From assembly GCA_030740155.1 (NCBI GenBank), contig JASLXV010000052.1:1-30122 (forward strand): 30,122 nucleotides of DNA, in the 5' to 3' direction. Below are positions 16,025-24,373 of this stretch, one piece after another. Below the pieces are notes generated by a model, which searched no databases, had not been told where the DNA came from, and saw nothing but the letters and a program-made list of their open reading frames with translations. Numbering within the stretch: the stretch's first letter is position 1; each line of letters begins with the position of its first letter. Source of the stretch: Dehalococcoidia bacterium (GTDB lineage: Bacteria; Chloroflexota; Dehalococcoidia; Lucifugimonadales; UBA3495). The position numbers and the translations under genes were made by a program.

Positions 16025-17530
16025 TCAGCCCGACTGGGGAAAGGGCCACCAGTCGGGATAGTCTCGCAGGCGCAGGTGCCGGAACAGCTCCGGGTGGACC
16101 TCCATGGCCAGCTTCATCGCCTGAAGAACCGGTTGCCGGATGGAGAAATGAGCCAGATCCGAGGTCCGCAACTTGAACAGGTGGTAGCACTCCCGCAGGT
16201 TCATCTTGGCCAGCACCCGGCGGTAGTGGGCGTGAGTCACCAGGTATTGGGCGGCCACCGGAGAGTGGTGGCGCACCTCACGGCAGGCTTCCTCTGCTGA
16301 ACCCACGGCTTCTTGAAACATACCCCCCAGGCCCGCCTCCACCAGCAGGTCGGGTACCCGATACCGGTGGGCCACCGTCAACGGTTGGGGTACGTAGGTC
16401 ATCATCCGATGCCGTTTGAACTCGCGGTAGGCGCCGTAGTCCATTAGAAACTCGAAGGTGTAGTCCACCAGTTCGAACTCCCGCGCCGGCGCGTCATGCG
16501 GTCCCAGGCCGGCCACGCACCGGTTGACTATGTCCCGGCGCTCTTCCGGCGGCATCTCCGACACCCGCTGCCATATCCGGTCATAGCCCCGGTCCGATTG
16601 CCGGTACAGCAGGGCGGCCGCCAGTTTCTCTTCGGCCTGGCGGTCCCAATGGACCAGCCGCACCTCCGGCTCGGGGCTCGCCGTAAGAGAAGGCCCCGAC
16701 GCGGGTGAATCCTCGCCGCCTCCCTCTGAATGATGGAGGCCGGCAGGAATCTCCGGCAGGTATTCACGGGGCAGCGCCCGCTGGGCGGCGGGCATTCCAG
16801 CGAGGTAAGGGTTCGGCTCGGCATACTTGATAAGGGTGGGGGTAATGTCGCGCGCCTGTTGCCGGAGGTCCAGTCCCAGGTCCTGCTCTTCAGTCAGCTC
16901 CGACGACAGCAGCTTGGAGATGGCGTGCTCCAGGACCCGGGCGTTGGCGGTCACACCCACGTTGGTCAGGAGGGCGGCCGGCAGAACGGCCCGGCAGTTG
17001 TCGGTGGCGATGCGCCGCAGCCGCATATTGTAAGTCTGCCGGCGCTCCCGTTCTCCTCGCGGGACGGCCTGCTGAAGGTGTTCCATAAAGCCGTCGATCA
17101 AGCCGCGATAGTCCTTAAAGAGCCTCCGGCACGTTTCATCGTACAGCCGGGCGAGATCGGGTTGACCGTCAAGCTCTCGCGGGGAATAGAAATAGTCCTC
17201 CGGCATGACCTGGTAGCGGGACGACTTCTCGGTGTAGGACGCCAGGCGGTTGTCTTCCAGGGTATCGCAGGCCAGCCGGGAGACGTTCTCCACCGCCAGG
17301 TGGACCACGGCGTGCTCGGCAACCGAGGCGTGCCCGTAGCCCAGCACCCATCTCTCGTGAAACTCGGCGGCTTTTTCCTGGCTGACCTGCCGGGCGATCT
17401 CGTCGAAGGGCTCCGGCCGCCGCGAGGTCATGGCGAAGGCCACCGCAATCTGCTCTTCGCTCAGCTCGTGAGCATCCAGAGGGTAGACCCGGCGGCCGTA
17501 GATTGGAGAACCGTTGCCACTTTCGGCCAT
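16025..17530 (-). CDS. thyX: FAD-dependent thymidylate synthase, tandem-duplicated ThyX type
   Basis: GHASVAEH and SYTEKSSRY in the N-half; FKRHR and NLRE..H..KLR in the C-half; 501 aa equals about two Thy1 domains. Confidence 0.85.
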   Translation of the reverse strand: MAESGNGSPIYGRRVYPLDAHELSEEQIAVAFAMTSRRPEPFDEIARQVSQEKAAEFHERWVLGYGHASVAEHAVVHLAVENVSRLACDTLEDNRLASYTEKSSRYQVMPEDYFYSPRELDGQPDLARLYDETCRRLFKDYRGLIDGFMEHLQQAVPRGERERRQTYNMRLRRIATDNCRAVLPAALLTNVGVTANARVLEHAISKLLSSELTEEQDLGLDLRQQARDITPTLIKYAEPNPYLAGMPAAQRALPREYLPEIPAGLHHSEGGGEDSPASGPSLTASPEPEVRLVHWDRQAEEKLAAALLYRQSDRGYDRIWQRVSEMPPEERRDIVNRCVAGLGPHDAPAREFELVDYTFEFLMDYGAYREFKRHRMMTYVPQPLTVAHRYRVPDLLVEAGLGGMFQEAVGSAEEACREVRHHSPVAAQYLVTHAHYRRVLAKMNLRECYHLFKLRTSDLAHFSIRQPVLQAMKLAMEVHPELFRHLRLRDYPDWWPFPQSG

Positions 17531-17565
17531 GGTTGTGACACCACCCCCTATCCCATCATGAGGCC

Positions 17566-17594
17566 ATTTCAGCCGCGTTGGCCCAGACTGTCAA
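17566..17594 (-). promoter_or_regulatory. Putative sigma70 promoter of thyX
   Basis: TTGACA-17 bp-TGAAAT, identical boxes to 2333-2361. Confidence 0.5.
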
Positions 17595-17657
17595 GCAGTA
17601 AGTGTCAACGTAAGCGCCGTGACACCTTATGTCAACCGCTGATACCCAGCTACCCTA

Positions 17658-17801
17658 TCCACGAAGCGCGGGCGCCGCAAAGGTTGGAGCGCAGGCTAGC
17701 CGGCCTGACGGTAACTTCCCACTCGGAGGGCGCCGGAACCTCACGCTATCGGGGTGCCTAGCTCTGCGTTCTCCGGCCGCGGTGCGGTGTTCGTTGGTGG
17801 A
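17658..17801 (+). ncRNA. Candidate structured RNA: long bulged rod hairpin
   Basis: About 44 bp in six stacked helices paired by eye, with about 7 G-U pairs and only one A-C mismatch on the + strand. Confidence 0.4.
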
Positions 17802-17871
17802 CGCCCCAGTGCCCAAGCTCGAAGGCGGCCGCACCTTTTGGTCTTGCATTTCGTGAATCGCCCGATATCCG

Positions 17872-17944
17872 GTCCGTCATCCCGGCGAAGGCCGGGGTCC
17901 AGCTAGCACTTCTCTGGATTCCGGCCTTCGCCGGGATGACGGAC
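17872..17944. repeat. GTCAT...ATGAC palindromic repeat (dRS3/RPE-like)
   Basis: 31-bp arms GTCCGTCATCCCGGCGAAGGCCGG(GG/AA)TCCAG with an 11-nt loop, 11 bp downstream of the ThDP enzyme stop. Confidence 0.85.
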
Positions 17945-17955
17945 TAGACAGTACT

Positions 17956-19593
17956 TTAAGTAAGGGCCCCGAAGCCGTTGGGAATCTGGACTTCGATCAA
18001 ATAGGTGCGGCCGGAGGCCAGGGCTGTCTCAAGCGCCCGGGTCAACTCGTTCACCGAGGTAACCCTGGTCCCCTCGAACCCGTATGACTCGAACAGCTTG
18101 ATGAAATCCGGGTTGACCAACTCCGTGGCCAGCAGCCGTCCGTCGAACCGGTCCTTCTGGAACCCTTTGAGGACGCCCCACGCGCTGTCGTTGAACATCA
18201 AGACGATCGGGTGAATGCCGTATTGGGCGGCGGTGGCCAGCTCTTGTAAGTTGTACTGGAAGCCGCCGTCACCGGTGACACAGACCACTGGACAGTCCGG
18301 CCGGCCCAGTTTGGCGCCAAGGGCGGCCGGGAACGCGAAACCGATTCCAACCCACCCGTGGGGGTACATGAAGGTGCGCGGCCCGTAGATGGAGAGGCAA
18401 CGGCTGGCGCGGCTGGTGGCCACCGTTGGGTCCAGAGCGAAGATGGTCTCCCTGGGGGTAGCGGCCCGTATGGCCTCGAAGGTGTGAAGCTCGTTGCCCC
18501 ACTTCTCTTTCAGGTCGTCGTAAATCTGCTGCCGGACCGATTCCACCTCGGCGCGGTAGGCATCTCCTTTGTGAACGTCCCGGCCGCCGATTCCGTCCAA
18601 CCACTGGCGCACCACCGCCCGGGAGTCGGCCACGATGGGGATCGCGGTGGGATAATTCTTGCCGATCGCTTCGCCATCCAGCAGAACGTGGACGATCTCT
18701 TCCGGCAGCTTCAACCCCACGCCCAGCGTACTGCGATAGGGAAGTATGGAACCCAGTACCACCACCAGGTCGCAGGTGCCGAGCCAGTCTTGAACCGGAT
18801 TATTCCCCCAGATACGCCGGCCTATCGCCTGGCCCAGCGAGAGGGGGTGGTCTTCCGGGAAAGTCCCCTTCGCTCCGTCGCTGGTGACCACCGGCGCCCC
18901 CAGCATCTCCGCGAGCCGGATGATCTCCTCGGTGCCGCCCAGGTACTGGACTTCCTCGCCCACGAAGATCGCCGGCCGCTTGGCTTGAAGCAGCGCCTCC
19001 AGCGCCCGTTCCACCATTGCCGGGTCGCCTTGAGGCCCTTCCGGGTCCCTCGGTCCGAGCACCTCAACGTCGGCCTCCTGAGCCAGCAGGTCCCACGGGA
19101 CCTCTAACTCGATTGGCCGCGGCCGCCGCGTTTGAAACCGCTGGAACGCCTCCATCAACCGGTCGGGGATCGACTCCACCTGGTCGATCATGACGTTCCA
19201 GTCGGTGACCGCACGGAACATTCCCAACTGGTCCTTGGCCTCATGGGTGGTCAGCCGGCCCTGGTCGATGAAATCGTGCTCCACGTTGGTTGTGATCTCC
19301 AACACCGCCGAGGCAGAGAAATAGGCTTCTCCCAACGCTCCCACCGAATCGGCGGCGCCGGGGCCGGTGCTGGTAAGCAGCACGCCGGGTTTACCGGTGG
19401 CCCGGGAATAGCCATCCGCCATGTACCCGCAACCCAGTTCGAGCCGGCCGCCGACGAACCGGACCTGGTCCTGGTTATCGAACAATGCGTCAAACAGGTC
19501 CAGGGTGTGAATTGATATGATCCCGAACACCGTGTCCACCCCTTGAGCCTTCAGGGATTCGACCACGGCCCGCCCCCCGGTCATCCTTGCCAC
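17956..19593 (-). CDS. Thiamine diphosphate-binding enzyme, ALS/decarboxylase-like family
   Basis: VFGIISIH, E..GYMADGYSRATGKPGV, TGPG, TGDGGF...FND motif; GTG start with RBS AGGAGG. Confidence 0.92.
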   Translation of the reverse strand: MARMTGGRAVVESLKAQGVDTVFGIISIHTLDLFDALFDNQDQVRFVGGRLELGCGYMADGYSRATGKPGVLLTSTGPGAADSVGALGEAYFSASAVLEITTNVEHDFIDQGRLTTHEAKDQLGMFRAVTDWNVMIDQVESIPDRLMEAFQRFQTRRPRPIELEVPWDLLAQEADVEVLGPRDPEGPQGDPAMVERALEALLQAKRPAIFVGEEVQYLGGTEEIIRLAEMLGAPVVTSDGAKGTFPEDHPLSLGQAIGRRIWGNNPVQDWLGTCDLVVVLGSILPYRSTLGVGLKLPEEIVHVLLDGEAIGKNYPTAIPIVADSRAVVRQWLDGIGGRDVHKGDAYRAEVESVRQQIYDDLKEKWGNELHTFEAIRAATPRETIFALDPTVATSRASRCLSIYGPRTFMYPHGWVGIGFAFPAALGAKLGRPDCPVVCVTGDGGFQYNLQELATAAQYGIHPIVLMFNDSAWGVLKGFQKDRFDGRLLATELVNPDFIKLFESYGFEGTRVTSVNELTRALETALASGRTYLIEVQIPNGFGALT

Positions 19594-19626
19594 GAAAGGT
19601 CCTCCTGTGTCATTGGCTATCCGCCA

Positions 19627-20835
19627 TCAGCGGCCAACGGCCAGTATCAAGCTGACCGGGCTTTCCAGTAATTTCTTGATTTCCACTAGGAACCGGGCCG
19701 CTTCAGCGCCGTCGGCCACCCGGTGGTCCACCGACAGCGTCGCCTTCATAACCCTCGCCACCGCGAGTTGCCCGGACCGGACCACCGGCTGTTCTTTGAC
19801 CGCCCCCACCGCCAGAATGGCGGCATGTGGCGGGTAGATGATAGCCATGAAGCTGTCCACGTCGAACATCCCCAGGTTGCTGATGCTGAAGGTGGTGTTG
19901 GAATACTCCTCGTTGCGCAGGGTCCCGCTGTTGGCCCGGGCGATCAGGTCGCCGCTGGCCATCGCGATCTCCAGCAGGCCCTTGCTCTCGCAGCCGGCGA
20001 TCCCAGGCACGATGAGCCCGGCTTCCAAGGCGATGGCGATGCCGATATTGATGGAGGAGTTTACCAGCAGGTGGTCGCCCTGGAATGAGGCGTTGAACCG
20101 GGGATGCCGCTTCAGGGCGATGGCACATGCTCTGATGATGAGGTCGTTGACGCTGACCCGGTTTTCTTTGGCCAGGGCCGCGTTGAGGTCTCGGCGCAGT
20201 TCCATCGCCTTGTTCATGTCCACTTCGGCGGTCACGTAGAAGTGGGGAGCCGCCCGCTTGCTGTCGACGGTCACCCGGGCGATTACCCGGCGCATCCGGG
20301 AAAGCTCCATCCGCTCGCCAGCAGGAGAGACTCCCGGTGCCGGCGAAGTTTCCCGGTAGGCCAACACATCGTCTTCAACGATCCGGCCGCCGGGACCGGT
20401 GCCGGCGACCAGAGACAGGTCGATACTCTGTTCCCGGGCCAGCCGGCGCGCAATGGGTGAGGCGCGGACTTCACCCACCGGAGCGGCAGGAGCGGCGGGC
20501 GCAGCATTCACTTCTTGGGCCCCTGGGGCAGCGGAGGGTTGCGGGGTTTTCGCCTCAGTCCCGGGCCCGGTCAAAAGACCCTCGGGCAGAGCCTCGTCCG
20601 GCCCCGTGATCACGGCGATGAGGTTCCCGACCGGAACGGCGACCCCCTCTTGGGCAACGATTTTCCGCAACACCCCGCCGACGAAAGCCTCAAACTCCAC
20701 GGTGGCTTTATCGGTCTCGATGTCCGCGATAACTTCGCCGCGCGCCACCGGGTCTCCTTCCTTCTTGTACCACCGCACCACGGTGCCCTCGCGCATGTCG
20801 TAACCCATCTGGGGCATGACGATCGACGTCGCCAA
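19627..20835 (-). CDS. 2-oxoacid dehydrogenase E2, dihydrolipoamide acyltransferase
   Basis: Lipoyl domain IETDKAT, E3-binding ASPIARRLA...GTGPGGRI, catalytic DHRVADG; TTG start with GGAGG. Confidence 0.96.
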   Translation of the reverse strand: MATSIVMPQMGYDMREGTVVRWYKKEGDPVARGEVIADIETDKATVEFEAFVGGVLRKIVAQEGVAVPVGNLIAVITGPDEALPEGLLTGPGTEAKTPQPSAAPGAQEVNAAPAAPAAPVGEVRASPIARRLAREQSIDLSLVAGTGPGGRIVEDDVLAYRETSPAPGVSPAGERMELSRMRRVIARVTVDSKRAAPHFYVTAEVDMNKAMELRRDLNAALAKENRVSVNDLIIRACAIALKRHPRFNASFQGDHLLVNSSINIGIAIALEAGLIVPGIAGCESKGLLEIAMASGDLIARANSGTLRNEEYSNTTFSISNLGMFDVDSFMAIIYPPHAAILAVGAVKEQPVVRSGQLAVARVMKATLSVDHRVADGAEAARFLVEIKKLLESPVSLILAVGR

Positions 20836-21158
20836 CGTTACCTCCTGCCAACAGGCCGTGATTACGGTGGCACCGGTAGAACCCGGCGGCCCGTGGCACA
20901 GCGCTCAGTCTATCAGCTAAAGTTTACTTTTCCTACCCGCGAGTCCCAGTGGGCGGTAGGTAGCGTATGCGCCCCGTCGGGCTAGAAATTACGGCAGCCT
21001 TGGCCACCGGAGCACACGGGTTTATCGAAGGGCCGGGGGTGTCCCCGCTGACGCCTTCGGACCGGCTTGGACCGGTTTGATGCGGTTGACCCCCTCTCTT
21101 CTCTCCCCCTTCGTAAGGGGGAGAGGACTGGTTTCTTCCCCCTAATGACGGGGAAAGG

Positions 21159-21292
21159 CTAGTACTCAGTCAACCTATTGCTGATAGTTGTCATTCAGAG
21201 CGGAGCGAAGAATCTCGTTGTTACGCTGAGATTCTTCGTCGCTGCGCTCCTCTGAATGACATCCTGCCAAAACGAGGTTGACTGACCACTAG
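21159..21292. mobile_element. MITE-like element bounded by CTAG, with 18-bp terminal inverted repeats
   Basis: CTAGTACTCAGTCAACCT ... AGGTTGACTGACCACTAG (16/18 complementary); no ORF. Confidence 0.65.
21189..21261. repeat. GTCATTC-GAGCG-AGCGAAGAATCT palindromic repeat inside the MITE
   Basis: TGTCATTCAGA/TCTGAATGACA and CGAAGAATCTC/GAGATTCTTCG perfect arms. Confidence 0.8.
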
Positions 21293-21337
21293 GTTAGGGG
21301 TTTCCTGGCGAAGCGGCGGCACCTTTCTGGGACGCCG

Positions 21338-21390
21338 TAAGCGGCCGGCACTCGGTCATCAGCGGCTGATGAACGGGCGCCGGCCGCTTA
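21338..21390. terminator. Strong 53-nt hairpin downstream of OFOR beta (terminator or processing stem)
   Basis: TAAGCGGCCGGC/GCCGGCCGCTTA (12 bp), CTCG/CGGG and TCATCAG/CTGATGA. Confidence 0.55.
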
Positions 21391-21447
21391 ATTTGTTACT
21401 TCCCCGGCCGACAACGGCGCCGGAAAGGCGCCTGGCTTCTCAGAGGG

Positions 21448-22359
21448 TCACATCATTCCATTGATAATCTTCTCCGCCTGCTCCTGGGTCAACCCCAGGG
21501 AACGATGAGCCATGGGAACACCCTCGTCCAACACCGGCTCTCGGGCTTCGAGGGTCCGCTCATCCCCGGCGCGGAAGAAGATCCCCGTATAAATGGTATC
21601 TTCCCACTCCATAGCTTTCTCGCAGGCAGCCTTCCAGTCGGAAGCGTCGTGGCCTTCGTCCTCCAGCTTCTTGATCCGGCCTTTGAAGAAAGCGTGGGTG
21701 TTGTCCAGGTTGAACGTGACGCAGGGGCTGAATATGTCGATGAGTGAGAAGCCCTGGTGCTGGATCGCCAGCTTCATTAACTCCGTGAGGTGCTTCACGT
21801 CTCCGCTGTAGCCCCGGGCGACAAAAGTGGCCCCATTAATGATAGCGCTGGTGATGGGATTGATGGGCAACTCGATACTGCCGAAGGGAGTGCTCTTGGT
21901 CTTCATCCCCTGCCTGCTGGTAGGGGAGATCTGGCCGGTGGTCAGGCCATATATCTGGTTGTTCATGACCAGATATGTCAGGTCTATGTTCCGGCGGGCC
22001 GTATGAGTGAAGTGGTTGCCGCCGATGCCGTAACCGTCGCCGTCGCCGCCGGTCACAATGACATTTAGCTCATGATTGCCCAGCTTGGCGCCACTGGCCA
22101 CGGCCAACGCCCGGCCGTGAAGGGTGTGCATGCCGTAGGCGTTGATGTAACCGGGGGTGTTGGAGGAACACCCGATTCCGCTGACGGTAAGTATCTCATG
22201 TGGCTGGAGCCCCAACTCGGCACAGGCCCGCTGCAAGCTATTGAGAACCCCGAAATCGCCGCAGCCGGGACACCAGTCGGGATCAAGGCGTCCCTTGAAA
22301 TCCCTGGCCGTCAGCGGGATTACCGGCTTGCCTTCAACCACATCGACGACGGTTGCCAT
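21448..22359 (-). CDS. 2-oxoacid:ferredoxin oxidoreductase beta subunit (KorB/PorB family)
   Basis: WCPGCGDF, SGIGCS, HTLHGR, GGDGDG, NNQIYGLTTGQ.SPTS, SPCVTFN. Confidence 0.96.
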   Translation of the reverse strand: MATVVDVVEGKPVIPLTARDFKGRLDPDWCPGCGDFGVLNSLQRACAELGLQPHEILTVSGIGCSSNTPGYINAYGMHTLHGRALAVASGAKLGNHELNVIVTGGDGDGYGIGGNHFTHTARRNIDLTYLVMNNQIYGLTTGQISPTSRQGMKTKSTPFGSIELPINPITSAIINGATFVARGYSGDVKHLTELMKLAIQHQGFSLIDIFSPCVTFNLDNTHAFFKGRIKKLEDEGHDASDWKAACEKAMEWEDTIYTGIFFRAGDERTLEAREPVLDEGVPMAHRSLGLTQEQAEKIINGMM

Positions 22360-22384
22360 TTATGGTCACCTCTCTAAGTACGGA

Positions 22385-24163
22385 CTAGGTATGAACTTCA
22401 TGATAGGGGACGGAATGATCGGTCTTGCCGGCCAGCTGCTCCAGGACACCCTCCACGATGTGGTGCGGCATGAAAGGCTCGCCGTCGTATTTGCGAATGT
22501 TCCCGTCCACGGTGAACGCGGTCTCACTTCGCAAATAGCGGAAGAATTGACCGGAGAAGTTATTCTCGACAATGATGGTTCGCTTCGCGCGGGAGAGGAT
22601 ACTGGTCACCGCCTCCCCGTGGAATGGGACCAGCCATTTGATCGGCAGGTGGTTGGCCGTTACCCCTTGCAGTTTGAGCAGCTCCACCGCTTCCTGGATG
22701 ACGCCGTAGGTGGACCCCCACCCGATGAGGGTGACCTCGGCGTCCTCGGGGCCGAGCAGCCGTGGCGGCTCGATATCGTCGGCGGCGCTCTCGAACTTGC
22801 GGGCCCGTTTCTCCAGCATCGCACGGCGTTTCCGGGCGTCGGCGTATTCATCACTGACCAACGTGGAGTCTTCGTCGTGCTCGTCGGTCGCGGCAACGTA
22901 AGCGTGTCCTTCCAGGCCCGGAAGGGCACGAGGGGATATCCCGCTTTCGGTTATCTTGTATCGCAGGTACCCGTTCGTCCCCGACGATTCGGTAATGAGT
23001 TCTCCCCGGTCGATTTTCGGATGCATGTCGATATCGTCGGCATCGACGCTGAACCTGCCTTCCGCCAGCAGGAGGTCCGACAGAATAATACCGGGGCACT
23101 GGAATTTGTCGGTCAAATTGAACAACTCGGTGACGGAGTTATAGCAATCCAGGGCGTCCATGGGGGCGACGATAAAGCGTTGGAAATCCCCCTGGCTGGC
23201 GCCGATGGCCTGCCAGAGGTCTCCCTGTTCGGTCTTGGTGGGCACCCCCGTGGAAGGGCCGGCCCGCTGCACATTGATGAAAATCACCGGGATCTCCATC
23301 ATGGAGGCGCTTCCCACCGCTTCGGTCATCAAGGCGAAACCGCCGCCGGAGGTCGCGCACATGGTGCGGCAACCCGAGTGAGCCGCCCCGACGGCCATAT
23401 TGGCCACGGCGAGTTCGTCTTCGACCTGCCGCACCATGATCCCCAGGCTGCGGGCGTTCTGGGCGACCCAATGGAGGACTCCAGTGGACGGGCTCATCGG
23501 ATAGGCCACGAAGAACTTCATTCCCGCGGCGGCGCCACCCATGGCTAGGGCATCATTGCCAGACCAGACACCGAGCGGCTTGGTCTTGCTGGGAAGTGAG
23601 GTTGGGAATGGCTCGTAATTAGCTCTGACGAAATCGTAGGCAGCCTCGGCCACGCCCACGTTTTCATCCACTATCCGCTGGCCTTGCCTCTGGAACCGCA
23701 GGTTCAAGCTCTCCTGGAGGATTTGGAAATCCATCCCGAGCAGCGCCGCGACCGCCCCGGTGGCCACCGTATTCTGGGCCAACTTGTTCCGACTCTTGGT
23801 CACCTCGGCCACGGGAATGGGGCATAGCTGGACGCCTTCCCGGGCCTGGCCGGGTTTCACGACGTCGCTGTTGTAGACCACCCGGCTCCCCGCATCCATC
23901 AGTCGCAGGTGCCGGTCCATGGTGTCCTGATTCAGACACAGCAGCAGATCCAGCCGGTCCCCGTGGTTCGTTACTTTTCGCTCACCCACCCGCACGGTGA
24001 GAAAGATATGGCCGCCTCGAACGATCGATTGAAATGCATTGTAGGTGCTGAGGTGGAGACCCCGGCGGACAAATATCCTGGCCAGAATATCTCCGGGGGT
24101 GGCGATACCCTGTCCGGCTCCTCCTCCAATGCCCATTGCGAAATCAAAACTGCCTGAACCCAT
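22385..24163 (-). CDS. 2-oxoacid:ferredoxin oxidoreductase alpha subunit (fused gamma-alpha, KorA/PorA family)
   Basis: GGGAGQGI, IVRGGH, SGNDA, YPMSPST, QVEDE, ATSGGGF, QRAGPSTGVPTKTEQGD. Start set at ATG 24163 with RBS TAGGAG. Confidence 0.96.
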   Translation of the reverse strand: MGSGSFDFAMGIGGGAGQGIATPGDILARIFVRRGLHLSTYNAFQSIVRGGHIFLTVRVGERKVTNHGDRLDLLLCLNQDTMDRHLRLMDAGSRVVYNSDVVKPGQAREGVQLCPIPVAEVTKSRNKLAQNTVATGAVAALLGMDFQILQESLNLRFQRQGQRIVDENVGVAEAAYDFVRANYEPFPTSLPSKTKPLGVWSGNDALAMGGAAAGMKFFVAYPMSPSTGVLHWVAQNARSLGIMVRQVEDELAVANMAVGAAHSGCRTMCATSGGGFALMTEAVGSASMMEIPVIFINVQRAGPSTGVPTKTEQGDLWQAIGASQGDFQRFIVAPMDALDCYNSVTELFNLTDKFQCPGIILSDLLLAEGRFSVDADDIDMHPKIDRGELITESSGTNGYLRYKITESGISPRALPGLEGHAYVAATDEHDEDSTLVSDEYADARKRRAMLEKRARKFESAADDIEPPRLLGPEDAEVTLIGWGSTYGVIQEAVELLKLQGVTANHLPIKWLVPFHGEAVTSILSRAKRTIIVENNFSGQFFRYLRSETAFTVDGNIRKYDGEPFMPHHIVEGVLEQLAGKTDHSVPYHEVHT

Positions 24164-24373
24164 AGACTCGCTCCTACTCTCGGACCGCTCCCAGCCCCAT
24201 AACCGGCTCCTCATGAGGGTCCAGGACCTTCGCGACGATAAGGTTAGCGGGGAAACCGTGCCCGTTGCGCCCTTTCCCGGCCTCGGCGGGCCGGGTTTTA
24301 TATTCCGCCGGCGTGCGGCGGGAATTCGAAGTACTAAATTAGGTTACAATCACACTCTCGGGGATTAGATTCC

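Larger units (their letters stand above)
21089..21301. repeat. CCCCTCTC/CTCCCCCTT palindromic repeat interrupted by a MITE
   Basis: ACCCCCTCTC...CTCTCCCCCTT-CGT-AAGGGGGAGAG...TTCCCC..GGGGAAAGG[CTAG]GTTAGGGGT when the insert is removed. Confidence 0.55.

Noticed and set aside
17658..17801. Rod RNA as 6S RNA or SRP RNA
   Set aside because: There is no large central bubble flanked by two long stems (6S) and no SRP domain IV CAGG...GNAA...AGCA motif on either strand. Kept as an unassigned candidate.
17629..17856. Small ORFs (75 aa +, 64 aa -) over the rod hairpin
   Set aside because: No RBS, no motifs, and composition typical of translated non-coding GC-rich DNA.
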